Below are positions 1-12,407 of a stretch of DNA of 64,000 bases, piece by piece. The stretch spans positions 9,114,001 to 9,178,000 of the forward strand of contig OX597837.1 in the NCBI GenBank assembly GCA_951406725.2, in the 5' to 3' direction. A program made the position numbers and the translations under genes. How positions within the stretch are numbered: the stretch's first letter is position 1; each line of letters starts with the position of its first letter. Origin of the DNA: Octopus vulgaris (Eukaryota). The notes below the pieces were generated by a model, which saw only the letters and a list, made by a program, of their open reading frames with translations, did no database searches and was not told where the DNA came from.

Positions 1-228
1 AGTAGTAGTAGTGACAGCAGTAGTAGTAGCAGCAGCAGCAGCAGCAGTAGCGGTTGTGGTGGTGATAGTGGTGGTGATGGTGGTGGCGGTGGTGGCGGTG
101 GTGCTGGTGGTGGTTCTGTTGGTGGTAATGTTTGCACCTATAATCCAAACTGCCTCCATTTTCTCAATTTAATGATGTTTGGGGATTGGAATGTGGGCAA
201 ACGTACCTTCGTCGAAATATTCACTCAC

Positions 229-374
229 TTGAAAAGGTTAAATTCTTTGAATAGGTCCTGCACTTGATCGAAGAACTGGAACATTTCCACTTCGGAACCA
301 ATGACAATGCATCTTTCGTTCTTGGAATTGATTGAGGCTGGTGCTGTTGTATATGGAGTTTCTCAGCGGAGTTT
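229..374 (-). CDS. Candidate internal exon of an unidentified gene (acceptor position uncertain)
   Basis: On the minus strand a CAA|GTGAGT donor occupies 223-228. Possible acceptors put the exon start at 374, 361 or 343. The sequence is non-repetitive. One frame, open from the 361 or 343 acceptor, reads TPYTTAPASINSKNERCIVIGSEVEMFQFFDQVQDLFKEFNLF. No family recognised with certainty. Confidence 0.25.
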
Positions 375-806
375 CTGGCAGCAGAGGAAATGACACGGTT
401 TATGTATTTTCTAGGTTGTCAGTTAAATATTGTATTGTTGTCTTGAACATGTGGGATAAATTCTTGGAATGAAGACAATCATAAATATTATTCTATAAAC
501 AGCAACGGCGATAATGATGCTGACACACAACGAAACGCCATAATAAAGGTCACCATTGCGTTGGAACAACAGAGCTTTGGAAAGTTCATGTTTGGAAAAT
601 TACCAAAATTATTTCAACTAAGGTAAAGATGCGTCTTGGAGAGAGACAATGATGTCACCGTATACGGAAGTACATATCAAAAATGCTAGTATATAGCAGT
701 ATATATATATATATAACAAAACTGGGAGGAAGGGAAGTGGGACGAAACGACGAATCGAATCGACCCTGACGCGAACGCGCTGTCAGACAATAATGTAATA
801 AATAAA

Positions 807-1296
807 TAAAATATATGCATGCATACAAACATATATGTACGTACCTACATCTACATGTATATAAACATGCATATATAAATATATATACGTGAGTACAGGA
901 CACTGCAACTAGACGTAGAACTCAACGAAAAACGAAAACGGACAAGCCATATTTTTACAACAAAAAAACAGAGACGAAACGGAAACGGGAAAAACATTAT
1001 TTTTTACAACAGAAAAACAAGGTACAGGACAAACCACACAGGAAAAATCCCCAGTTCATCAGCTGTCTCTAGCTAACTCAAGCGTGTTTCGAAGGATAAA
1101 ACAGGACACGACTCGTCAATCCGTTTCGTCTCTGTTTTTTTGTTGTAAAAATATGGCTTGTATGTTTTCGTTTTTCGTTGAGTTCTACGTCTAGTTGCAG
1201 TGTCCTGTACTCACGTATATATATTTATATATGCATGTATATATACATGTATATGTAGGTACGTACATATATGTTTGTATGCATGCATATATTTTA
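807..1296. mobile_element. Long inverted repeat, probably a Penelope-like element (PLE) terminal remnant
   Basis: Arms 807-983 and 1120-1296 (177 nt each, about 4 mismatches by eye) surround a 136-nt spacer that contains CTGATGA and CGAAAC on the minus strand. Inverted partial pseudo-LTRs are typical of PLE insertions. Confidence 0.6.
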
Positions 1297-1311
1297 ATTA
1301 TTACACACACG

Positions 1312-1343
<32 letters not shown>

Positions 1344-1463
1344 AAATATTAAATTAGAGATAAAACCACCATTACTAATTTAATATAATATATATTTATA
1401 CTATAAAATTGGATTTAATCCTGAATCTAATTTTTCCCTGTAAGTTTAGATTTACTCCCTAAT

Positions 1464-1495
<32 letters not shown>

Positions 1496-1497
1496 TA

Positions 1498-1549
<52 letters not shown>

Positions 1550-1737
1550 TTCCCACCCCCTCTCCTCATCAGCCTTCTTCTTCTTCTACCCTACCAAGAA
1601 TTCACAACGACCTCGAACACACAAGTGCAAACAAGGGAGACAGAGAAAGGCAGAATGCCACTTATATTTGAACACTATACAAATATTCCTTTAAAAAAAC
1701 TTTTCTTCTAATTTTTCTAAATTTAATTATTTAATCG

Positions 1738-1781
1738 TTACAGTTGAAAAGGTCTCAAAATGACCGAAACCGGTACTGGAA
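1738..1781 (+). ncRNA. Minimal type I hammerhead ribozyme-like motif (U3-A8 variant)
   Basis: ttaCAG-TTGAAAA-GGTC(tcaaaat)GACC-GAAA-CCGG-TA-CTGgaa: stem I, core, 4-bp stem II, palindromic helix-III loop and GUA site. Confidence 0.65.
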
Positions 1782-1964
1782 TGTTCTTTATAAAATTATT
1801 TTAGCATTTTCTATTTTGACTTGTTTTTTCATATATATATATATATATATATATTATGTATGTACGTATGCATATATGTATGTATGTATTATGTATGTAT
1901 GTTTAATTATAATTAAGTGCATAGATAAATGTATCCCATATGCTGGAAAGTGACTCTAAGTCGA

Positions 1965-2570
1965 AAAGTAACACACGTGTTGAAATCAACGGAGTAATCT
2001 AAGAGAAATACAGAAAAATACATTTCACTCTGGATTGATCAATCTCTATTTTCGCTAAATGGCTTTTGCTCGTCAGCAGAGAATACTTGCAGAAATAAAT
2101 GAAATATTTATACAAACCCGCAGGAAAGCCTAGATTACACACAAATACCACAAATACATCCAAATCGAATTTCGTAGATTATCTCAGCACCCGTGCAACT
2201 GGTTAGAGTAGTCCATAACCAACTTGACTGTCTCGAAGAGATAAAATATTTAAAGACTTTATCTTTTATTATTATAATTGAAACATTGGTATTTACTGCG
2301 GGACAGTCGACTTACTCATGGGCTACTCTAACCGGGTGCACACGTGCTGAGGTAATCTACGAAATCCGATCTGGATGTATTTGTGGTATTTATGTGTAAT
2401 CATGGGTTTCCTGCGGGTCTGTATAAATATCTCATTTATTTCTCCAAGTATGTTCTGCTGACGAGGAAAAGCCATTAGCCGAATCCAGAAATTTATCAAT
2501 CCAGAGGTAATTGTGTTTTTATGAATTTTCGTTAGATTCCTCCCTCGATTTGAACGCGTGTGTAATTTTA
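1965..2570. repeat. Diverged inverted repeat pair (about 250-nt arms), PLE-like remnant
   Basis: About 1965-2217 is the reverse complement of about 2318-2570 at roughly 80% identity by eye. Both arms contain CTGACGAG-aaaagccatt-GAA. Confidence 0.65.
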
Positions 2571-2738
2571 TGATAGTTTAAAGTTGTTGGACGATTTAGC
2601 GTCTCTTTCAAACATATGCGCTCGATTTTTTTTCTATGCCCGTAATTATAATCATAAATAGGATTTCACCTTAATAGGTCTATTTTTAATATGCTGCCCA
2701 GTCTAAAATTTTTAACGAGTTTATCCTTTATTATTATA

Positions 2739-2769
<31 letters not shown>

Positions 2770-2772
<3 letters not shown>

Positions 2773-2972
2773 TCTGTCCTTGTCTCCTCACCACAGCTTT
2801 GCAACCAATGCTAGTGCGTTTATGACTTAGGGGCTCGATAATAGAGACTGATAGAATAAATACTAGGCTTACAAAGAATAAGTCCTGGAGTGAATTTCTT
2901 CGGCTTAAACCATTTGAGGCGGTGCTCCAACATGACCGCAGTTAAATGATTGAAGCATGTAAAAGAATAAAT
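2770..2972 (+). mobile_element. SINE family B, diverged 3' half
   Basis: Shares GATAGAATAA-TACTAGGCTTACAAAGAATAAGTCCTGG and GGCGGTGCTCCA-CATG-CCGCAGT with the full copies at 19918-20325 and 24159-24545. Confidence 0.8.
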
Positions 2973-3416
2973 AAAATATATATATATATATATATCTTCT
3001 TTTTTTCTTTATTCAAACCTAAATATATATTTAGATTTATTCGCATAAATATCTCTATCAATAAACTTAAAAATTCATCTTCTAAAAATATTCCATCGTT
3101 GCTTTCTTTCTGTTTGCATGTACACACACACACAAACACACTTGCACACACACATGCACCCCCCCCACACACACACACACATATATATGTATATATACAC
3201 ACACGCACACATACATGCATACATACACATAAGACTGAGTGAGTGTATTGGACAATGATCAAAATATAAAGGCGCTGTGGAACTTTCTGTCTGTCCACCT
3301 ATTTGTCTCTCCGTCTCACACATCCACACATCCACACACACACGTACATACAAACACACACACATACACAGACTCAGTCATTCACTTACACTCACATCAT
3401 TCTATCTATCCATGTT

Positions 3417-3551
<135 letters not shown>

Positions 3552-3960
3552 GCAAACAGCAGAAAAATGTAGTTCGCCATTTTAAAGATTCGTGTATTGT
3601 GATTGGTAACAATATAGACAAGGAATGTAGATAGAAATATTTAGAAATGCGACCACAGTTTTATTGTTGTGGTTGTTGTTGTTCTTGCAATTGCTATTGT
3701 AGTTAGAACCGTAGTGTTTTTCTTTACTTTTTAATTTTTGCTTTTATAGTTTCTCCGTTTATAATTTTCTGGTTGTTGTTGTTGTTGTTGTTGGTGGTGG
3801 TGCTGTTTTTCTCTCTATTCAGTGTTCTGCTATGAAATTTCGAAAAATAACATCGATATTTCTTCATGGATTGCTGTATATTTGTAGAGACAATCTGCAG
3901 AAATATCTACATTGGAATAACTTTCAATTTTTCATGTATACGCATATTGACAAACACCAG

Positions 3961-4021
<61 letters not shown>

Positions 4022-4022
4022 G

Positions 4023-4059
<37 letters not shown>

Positions 4060-4069
4060 GTATATATGT

Positions 4070-4100
<31 letters not shown>

Positions 4101-4720
4101 GCGAAAATATAAACTTGAATGTAGGAAGAGATACTCTGGGTATTTATTCGCCCGTTTTATATATATCTACATTGAAATTCTGCTTTCATTGAAAATATTT
4201 TCTATACAAAAACCAGAAACTTATACAATACATACCTAGATGTATGCATACTAAAATTTCAAAAGATGCAAACGTACAGATGCCCCCACCCCGACTATAT
4301 TTATACTTGTAAAGTAAATCCAGAGACTCAAGCAAACACGGTATGTATGCACATATGTGTTTGCGTATGCACGTTTGCATGTGTGAATGCAAACGTGACT
4401 GTTTGTGTGTGTACGTGTGTATATATGTTTGTGTATATATATATATATGTTAATATTAAGTATACATGTGTGATTGCTGTATGTATAAGTACCTGGAAAT
4501 TGTTCATATATTGAAATTATATTCTACACAAAAGAAACAAACGTACGCATCTGTATATGTATACATAACTATACGGATACTATATACTCGTATATTCTCG
4601 TATAGGTATATATACATACAAATATGTGTGTGTTTGTATGTCTAAATGTTGTGCGAATTTAGTCGTTTGTATTTCCTTAGCGCAGAATTACGAAAGTGTC
4701 ATACATAACAGTGTTATGTC

Positions 4721-4774
4721 TGCGCATGCGCATGTTGAAATATGTGTGCCAAAGTTTGACTCGGACGCCATTTT
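4721..4774. promoter_or_regulatory. NRF1/Ewg-type palindrome next to a YY1-type motif
   Basis: TGCGCATGCGCA at 4721-4732 and GACGCCATTTT at 4764-4774, in a short non-repetitive island. Motif match only. Confidence 0.25.
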
Positions 4775-4926
4775 ATACATGTATACAAACACATAAGCAC
4801 ACACATATATATATTTATGTATGTATATGTATATAAGTACATATGTATAAGTATGCGTTAATGATATATATGTATGTATTATCTATCAATCTTTCTATCT
4901 TACTCAATTTCTCTCTCTCCCTCTTC

Positions 4927-5023
<97 letters not shown>

Positions 5024-5141
5024 TATATGTATGCATTATTTTGTTTTGTTATTCCTTTACTTGGTTCAATCATATGACTGCAGCCATTTTGGAGCATGCT
5101 ATATGTATATATGCATATATATATACATGTACACGCACAAA

Positions 5142-5198
<57 letters not shown>

Positions 5199-5261
5199 GT
5201 TTCAGGTGGTGCTCCAGCATGGCCGCAGTCAAATCACTGAAACAAGTAAAAGAAGAAAATA

Positions 5262-5294
<33 letters not shown>

Positions 5295-5606
5295 TATTCT
5301 ATTTTCATAGCGAATGGATATGAAGAGAAATAAATTTTTATTTATACACATGGGCGTACCTACGCAATGCTGTGTGTACAGTGTGGGAACGTTTCTTCAT
5401 GGAATTAGGTTATGGGGAGTATGTGTGCGTATATGACAAAGAAATGATGTTTTTCACGTGTGCTCTTTGTTAACAATGAAATTTCGTATTTTGAATATAA
5501 TCCTAATATTTGCCAATGTGTGTATATTTGAGGCTGTGGGTGAGTGAATGAACAGGTGAGTGAATATATGTATTCGGATAGATGCTTTCTCGTATCTATC
5601 TGCATT

Positions 5607-5643
<37 letters not shown>

Positions 5644-5802
5644 AGGGAGAGTGTGAGACAGACGGACAGAGTGAGTGAGAGAGAGGGAAATAGATAAATA
5701 CATGCGTACATACATCCATACATACATATTGATAAAAGTGAGAGATATATGTGTAGATATATATAGAAATACACATTATAATGATATGTGTGTGTGTACA
5801 GG

Positions 5803-5847
<45 letters not shown>

Positions 5848-5921
5848 TGATATACATGTACACATCCATGTATATATCGACATGTGTATATATATCTGTA
5901 TATATATTTCTATTTATATCT

Positions 5922-5959
<38 letters not shown>

Positions 5960-6098
5960 TTATATGTATAAGTGTTTTGCATATTTATATATTTACGCAC
6001 ACACCCATACATACACACACGTACAAACATACATATATGACCACGCATGCATTTCCAACTAAGTTTTATCTATACACACACATATACACATACATATG

Positions 6099-6143
<45 letters not shown>

Positions 6144-6922
6144 ATACATTCGTTTGTAGACAGAAATGTACTATTATATCTTCCATGACATAACAACAGT
6201 TCTATGTTAAATATATAGCTGTATCGTTCTCACTACAATAGTTCATTTCCATATAGGATTTGGAGACGAAATAATCATTGATGTTGTTGCTGTTGTTACT
6301 GCTTTTTCAGCCTTTGTTGCAGCCGTCGTTGTTACGTTGTTGTTGTTGCTGTTCTTTACATGAATACAGGAATCCCAGCAAATATACTATATCCATTGAT
6401 TTTAAAATGATGTGAAAGGCAAACAACATAATAACAATAATAATGATAATAACAATAATAATAATAATAATAACAATAATAATAATAATAAAAATAATAA
6501 AAATAGTAATAACAATAATACCAATAAAAATAACAATAATAATAATTATAATAATAATAACAATTATAATAATAATAATTATTATTATTATTATTATTAT
6601 GGTTGTTGTTGTTATTGTTATTATTTAAAGAATATATAATATTTCCTTCAATATTTATATAATTTACTTAATTGTGAAAGGATAATACTGGAACAACAAT
6701 GGCAGCAATAATAGTAATAATAATGATTATGATAATGGTAATAATATTGAAAATAATAACGGTTTTTAAAGAATATCTGATATAAAAATAATAGTAATAT
6801 GTCATAATAATAAAACTAATAATAATAGTAATATGAAAAATACCAATCATAATGAAAACAATATATATAATTATATTTTTATATGTATATATATATATGT
6901 GTGTGTGTGTGTGTCTATGCAC

Positions 6923-6974
<52 letters not shown>

Positions 6975-7014
6975 CAAATATTATTTTAGTGCAAGAGTTA
7001 ATTATAAAATAATA

Positions 7015-7041
7015 TTAGTAATAATCATAATAGTAATAATG

Positions 7042-7081
<40 letters not shown>

Positions 7082-7103
7082 TAACAATAATAATAACAAT
7101 AAC

Positions 7104-7198
<95 letters not shown>

Positions 7199-7200
7199 TA
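7015..7200. repeat. (AAT)n microsatellite
   Basis: Direct observation. A similar tract lies at about 6430-6600. Confidence 0.97.
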
Positions 7201-7539
7201 CTGAATCATATCGGCTACTTTAGTTACAACCGTCAACAGCAGGAAATATGGCGATGATAACATCAACAAAATCAATAGCAACGACAAATTTAATTGCTAC
7301 TAAAGGCACAACTCCTGGAATTTGAGGGGCGGGGGATAGTCGATTAAATCGATGCCAGATGTTCTTTGAAATGTATTCTGCTTTGGAATTCTAAAATGGC
7401 GATTGTAAAGCCAAGACCGACGACGACTTACAACGATGCTGCTGAGGATGGAGATGGCGATGAAGCTTATGATTACGATGAGGGTAAATATGACGACGAG
7501 GAAGATGAGGAGATAACTATGAAATCAGTATTGAAGATG

Positions 7540-7826
7540 ATGAAGATGACGACGACGACAAGACGTCAACGACGATGACTTCGATGATGATGACGAAGAT
7601 GATGATGATGATGATGATGACGATGATGATGATGACGATGACGATGATGATGATGATGGAGAGGATGATATGACGCCAGTATTCATATTAATGTTATGTT
7701 TTAGCACAACATAAATATCGCACTGAAGTGGGTGATGATAATTTATTACGGATTTTTCTTTGTTTTCACACCTCTCATCATCAGAATTACCATCGCCAGA
7801 AAATGCCTGATCAACATCATCATCAA

Positions 7827-7861
<35 letters not shown>

Positions 7862-8435
7862 CCATCGTCATCTTCATCGTCCTCATCATCATCATTATCA
7901 TCTTCATTATCATCAACATCATCCTTATCCTCACCATCATCATCAGCATCAGCATCTTCCTCATCATCATCGTCATTGTCATCATTGTCATCAGCATCAT
8001 AGTAATCATCGTTATCAGCATCATCATTATCATCTTTATTATTATCACCATCATCATCATCCTCATCGTCATTGTCCTCCTCCTCCTTCTCCACCTTCTT
8101 CTTTTCCTCCTCCTCCTCCTCATCATCATCACCATCTTAATCATCATTATCATCTTCATTATATGACCATCATCATCATCGTCATTGTCCTTATCGTCGT
8201 CATCATCATAGTCATCATCGTCATCAGCATCATCATCAACATCATCATCACCATCTTCCTCATCGTTATCATCTTCATTATCATCGGCATCATCATCACC
8301 ATCACCATCATCATAATCTTCATCATCATCTTCATCATCATCGTCATTGTCCTTATCGTCATCATCATCATAGTCATCATCATCATCATCATCATCATCT
8401 TCACTATCATCACCATCATCATTACCATCATCCAT
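7540..8435. repeat. Degenerate (GAT)n followed by (CAT)n low-complexity tracts
   Basis: (GAT/GAC)n at about 7540-7670 and (CAT)n at about 7810-8435. A CATCGTCATTGTCCTTATCGTC block recurs near 8177 and 8339. Confidence 0.95.
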
Positions 8436-8631
8436 CAAGAGTGTGGTCAGCATTATTTATGATCACTGTCAAAGTGATTATTGATTGGTAGAATTAACGC
8501 CAACGACGAACTCAAGGAAATAGCAAGTTTTGGCTTTGATTACCTCTACTAATTCTCTCCCCACGGAGTTAACACATCGCATTTAATTAACAAAGAATAT
8601 GTTAATTAAATGCAACGTTTCAAATTAATAT

Positions 8632-8830
8632 GAAGGCAACGTGCTGGCAGAAGCATAAGCACAACGAAATATTTCCTTGGTATCGTTTCGCCTTTCTTGA
8701 TCTGCTAAGTCCGAATTTCGCCCAGATAGACTTTGCCATTGTTTTGTGGTTGGTGATATACCAGTTGAGTATTGGGGTCGATGAAATCGACTAGATCTAA
8801 CACCAGAAATTTTGGGCCTTGTGGCCTATA
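8632..8830 (+). mobile_element. SINE family A, old diverged copy
   Basis: Head GGCAACGTGCTGGCAGAA, core CCAGTTGAGTATTGGGGTCGATGAAATCGACTA and tail AAATTTTGGGCCTTGTG match younger copies in the window. Confidence 0.6.
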
Positions 8831-9261
8831 TTTAAAATTGAGGGCGTAGCTTGTTGGCAATATTTTTTAAACGGGGAAAATTCCTAAGAGTATTTCTTCC
8901 GGGTTTTTGCCATATGGATTTCATAGTCACAGGTCTAAACGTTGTCTTTCATCCCTCTGTGCCTTTATGATTTCAAGTACCAATTTGTAGTGCCAATGTA
9001 TGTATAATTGCCTTACACTTCTCAAAATTGTATAGTCCTATTCCTAAATTCGAACCAATTAATAAAGAAATTTCTGTTCAGTGAAACTGTAATATTTCGG
9101 CAAAGTTTCCCCTTCTCAAACAGAATAATCAGATATAAATGTATACATATATATATACATAAGTTCAGCAACAATTTAGATTCAAATGGATATGGCACTT
9201 AATTTAGATGCACCAGAATTTTTTATGGTGTTACCCATAAGAATATGCGGGGTGATTATAA

Positions 9262-9493
9262 TCAAAAATAAGCAACAAGAATGAATCCGGTAATTTAGTA
9301 CAATTGTTTCATACTACAACATTTTATTAAAAGCTATAAATAAGAACTTTATATTATTGGAAAACCTATATGAAATTAGCTGAAGATTACTCGGCATCTT
9401 AAATCTGCTGTAATATTTACAGCTTTTAATAAACTTTTGTAGTATGAAACAAGTATACTAATTTCCGGATTCATTCTTGTTGCTTTTTTTTGA
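9262..9493. repeat. Inverted repeat (about 80-nt arms), PLE-like remnant
   Basis: AGCAACAAGAATGAATCCGG...TTATTAAAAGCT (9262-9342) pairs with AGCTTTTAATAA...CCGGATTCATTCTTGTTGCT (9414-9493), followed by (TA)n. Confidence 0.75.
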
Positions 9494-9721
9494 GTATATA
9501 TATATACATATATATTTTTATAAACACACATATAATTATCAACAGATACACACGCACATTTATACACATACTTCTTCAACACAGTTCTCAACGCATTCTA
9601 AGATGTACCTTTTTTGACTTCATATATATAGGGAAGCCTTAAGATTGCATTAAATCTTGCCCTCTACTTACAGCTAATAATACCTCATACATACGCTTAT
9701 TATATTATGCTATTTATATTA

Positions 9722-9993
9722 TCTTTATATATAAAACTGAAGTTGTGTGAGAGTCTGTCTCCTCCGATGCAGTTTAACTAAAAGCAGGTATCTTATAGTC
9801 GTGATTCATATCGAGCCCTTCTGGGTATTAGTGCGCGACTACGATGAGTCTACGATTTTATAAAATATTTACCATCATTTTTTCGTATTTTTAATGCATA
9901 TTTGCTCGGTTTATATAAGGGAAGTAACTCTCTAAAAATGCTTATATAGTTATTTCCCTTACAAACCCGAGCAACGCCGAGCGATACTGCTAG
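9722..9993 (+). mobile_element. Non-autonomous Helitron
   Basis: 5' end TCTTTATATATAAAA, subterminal imperfect GC hairpin CCCGAGCAACGCCGAG and 3' terminus CTAG. It sits between host A (9721) and T (9994) with no target-site duplication. Confidence 0.8.
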
Positions 9994-10448
9994 TGTTACA
10001 TAGATTTCTGTCATGTGAGATCTCATCAAGTTAGAAAAGCGCAATACGATCCATTGAATCCAAGTGGATAATTTTTCGCAGCCGCAGCTCGAATTCAAAG
10101 AATTTGTTTTTCCAATGAAAGTTTTATTCCGTGAGAAAATACACAAATGGCCAGTTGCATGTCTTTAACGGATATTGTAAAGTTTAAATTATATTTTTAT
10201 AACTTCACAAGTTCATAAAGAAGAAAGTATTTTTCAATGCCTAATTAATTAATATGAAAAATTAATCTCTTTTTTATATAATGGTTTGAACGAAAGGTAG
10301 AATCAAACATAAAAATATCGTATTAGCGTCAATGTGACTCCATAAAATTATAGTTATTTTAATTACATGAATTACGGAATAATTTCCAAGTTATTATTCA
10401 TTATCAAATATTATTAACGTTATATTCTGTCTCAATAGAACCAAATTA

Positions 10449-10894
10449 GGATCTTTTCGGTTTGAACGGCAGTTTTTAAAAAAATAATTTCCACGTAACT
10501 AAACACTTTTGAACTCCGTATACTGTTAGAATGTGTTTAAAAAACATCTTTTTCTCTTGGTTTTATTGAGAAAATTCTATACTTTGTAAGATATTTGATT
10601 TTTTTTTTCTTCAATTTCTGCAATTTCAACCAATCAATGACCGTCTATTGAGGTGAAATCATTCTGTGCCGTATAAATATGTCTCTCGTTTAAGAAACAG
10701 ATTGGGTTTATTTATATTTCTGAAGAACAAAAGATACCCTTCCGCCACCCTAACTCTAACCCTAACTAACCCTAACTCTAACCCTAACCCTAAAATTGAT
10801 TGAAATGCAATAGATCGATACTACGGTCATAATTATGGGTGACGATTTCATATGACACCCCTAGTAAAAACTGCCGTTCAAATCGAAAAGATCC
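10449..10894. mobile_element. MITE with 29-bp TIRs and internal telomeric repeats
   Basis: TIRs GGATCTTTTCGGTTTGAACGGCAGTTTTT (10449-10477) and AAAAACTGCCGTTCAAATCGAAAAGATCC (10866-10894), 1 mismatch. A (CCCTAA/CTCTAA)n array lies at 10748-10793. Confidence 0.88.
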
Positions 10895-11439
10895 CTACAT
10901 TATTAGTTAATCCATGCCAGAAAATAAATACAATGAAAGAAAATTTCTGGACGACATGGTATGTTTCGTGTTTGGGATAGCAAAGAAAAATATGGGCATT
11001 CTTGGCTTAAACAAACTAGTTGTCTTTAATGATTTTAAATACTTTGGTTGGGGGAATTTATTTCAACATACACGCACACATACACACACACACACATACA
11101 AATATACACACGCACTCCCCCCACACACACACAAACGTACTCATATACACGAAGGCATTGATATACAGACATACCCGAGTACAAACTTTTGGGACTTTAA
11201 AGACGCCGAAGCTGTTATACATAATTGGTATTTCCTTCGCGTATATTCATGTTCTTCCTCTCTGTCTCTGTCTGTCTGTTTCTCTGTGTATATATATACA
11301 TATATATATACATGTCCTTGTTTTTCCCTTCTATGTTTAGCACCCTGTGGGTAATATATATTTCAAAATGTGACCTCGTGTGTACCGTTGGCAATTTTTT
11401 CCCTCTGTCTTCCCTTCTCTGGATCTTTCCTTCTCCTAT

Positions 11440-11475
11440 GTTTCCGACGAAGAGCTCCGCTCGAAACGTTAAGCC
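11440..11475 (+). ncRNA. Degenerate minimal hammerhead-like motif in a PLE remnant
   Basis: gttt-CCGACGA-A-GAGC(tcc)GCTC-GAAACGTTA-agc. Same family as 19679-19715; core U4 is mutated. Confidence 0.5.
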
Positions 11476-11558
11476 CTCCTTCTTCCTTTCTTTCCTGAGC
11501 GTCCAATAATACTATATTTGTTCCACGTCCTCGCGTTGTTGTGTTTTCTTGTTTAGAT

Positions 11559-11680
<122 letters not shown>

Positions 11681-11833
11681 AATAAATGGTGGGGTTGTGT
11701 TGACCGCACGTGGAGAAATGATAAGCAAGGAAAATTTGTAAAAGGCAGAATGCTAAATTGAAAGTAAATTTTAATGAAAATGGGTGTATGGAAGAAGTTT
11801 TTGAAAAATTGATAAAATGTATAAATATATATT

Positions 11834-11875
11834 AATTCAAAACGGTTTTCGTCATAATGTGACTTTTCAAGAATT
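11834..11875 (-). ncRNA. Minimal hammerhead-like motif (U3-A8 variant)
   Basis: Minus strand: AATTC-TTGAAAA-GTCA(catta)TGAC-GAAAA-CCGT-TTT-GAATT, with a 5-bp stem I and 4-bp stem II. Confidence 0.6.
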
Positions 11876-12129
11876 GTAAAGGAAAATTTTTTTTAAAAGT
11901 GAGAAGGGGGAAAAAAGAAAATTACATTGTTTTTTGCAAAAAAATAATAATAAATATATACAAAAATTAAAAAATAAGTACTCCGATACATTGTAAAGTC
12001 TTTGTGTATCTTGAGTTTAATGATTGTTCACGAAAAAATTACCTTGAAGTATTAGGATCCAATGGGATTAAAACCATGTGTTGTTTAGTTTAATTAAGGG
12101 TGTTGGCAAAACATATGTATATATACAAT

Positions 12130-12298
12130 TTCTTTATTACCCACAGGGGGGAAATATAGAAGGGAAAACAAGGACAGACAAAGGGATTAAATCGATTACA
12201 TCGATCCCCAGTGCACAATTGGTTGTTATTTAATCGACCCCAAAAGGGTGAAAGGCAAAGTCGACCTCGGCGGAATTTGAACTCAGAACGTGACAGCC
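12130..12298 (-). mobile_element. SINE family A internal module
   Basis: GAAAGGCAAAGTCGACCTCGGCGGAATTTGAACTCAGAACG plus the GGACAGACAAAGGGATTAA tail. Confidence 0.85.
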
Positions 12299-12375
12299 AT
12301 ATATATATATAATATATATACGTGACAGCCATATATATATATATATACGTGCTTTCACAATCCAACTTTCTTATC

Positions 12376-12407
<32 letters not shown>

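Noticed and set aside
7525-8462. Asp-rich and His-rich ORFs (also 35976-36788) resembling acidic biomineral or His-rich proteins
   Set aside because: Several frames on both strands are open because the sequence is degenerate (CAT)n. There is no signal peptide, splice support or unique domain.
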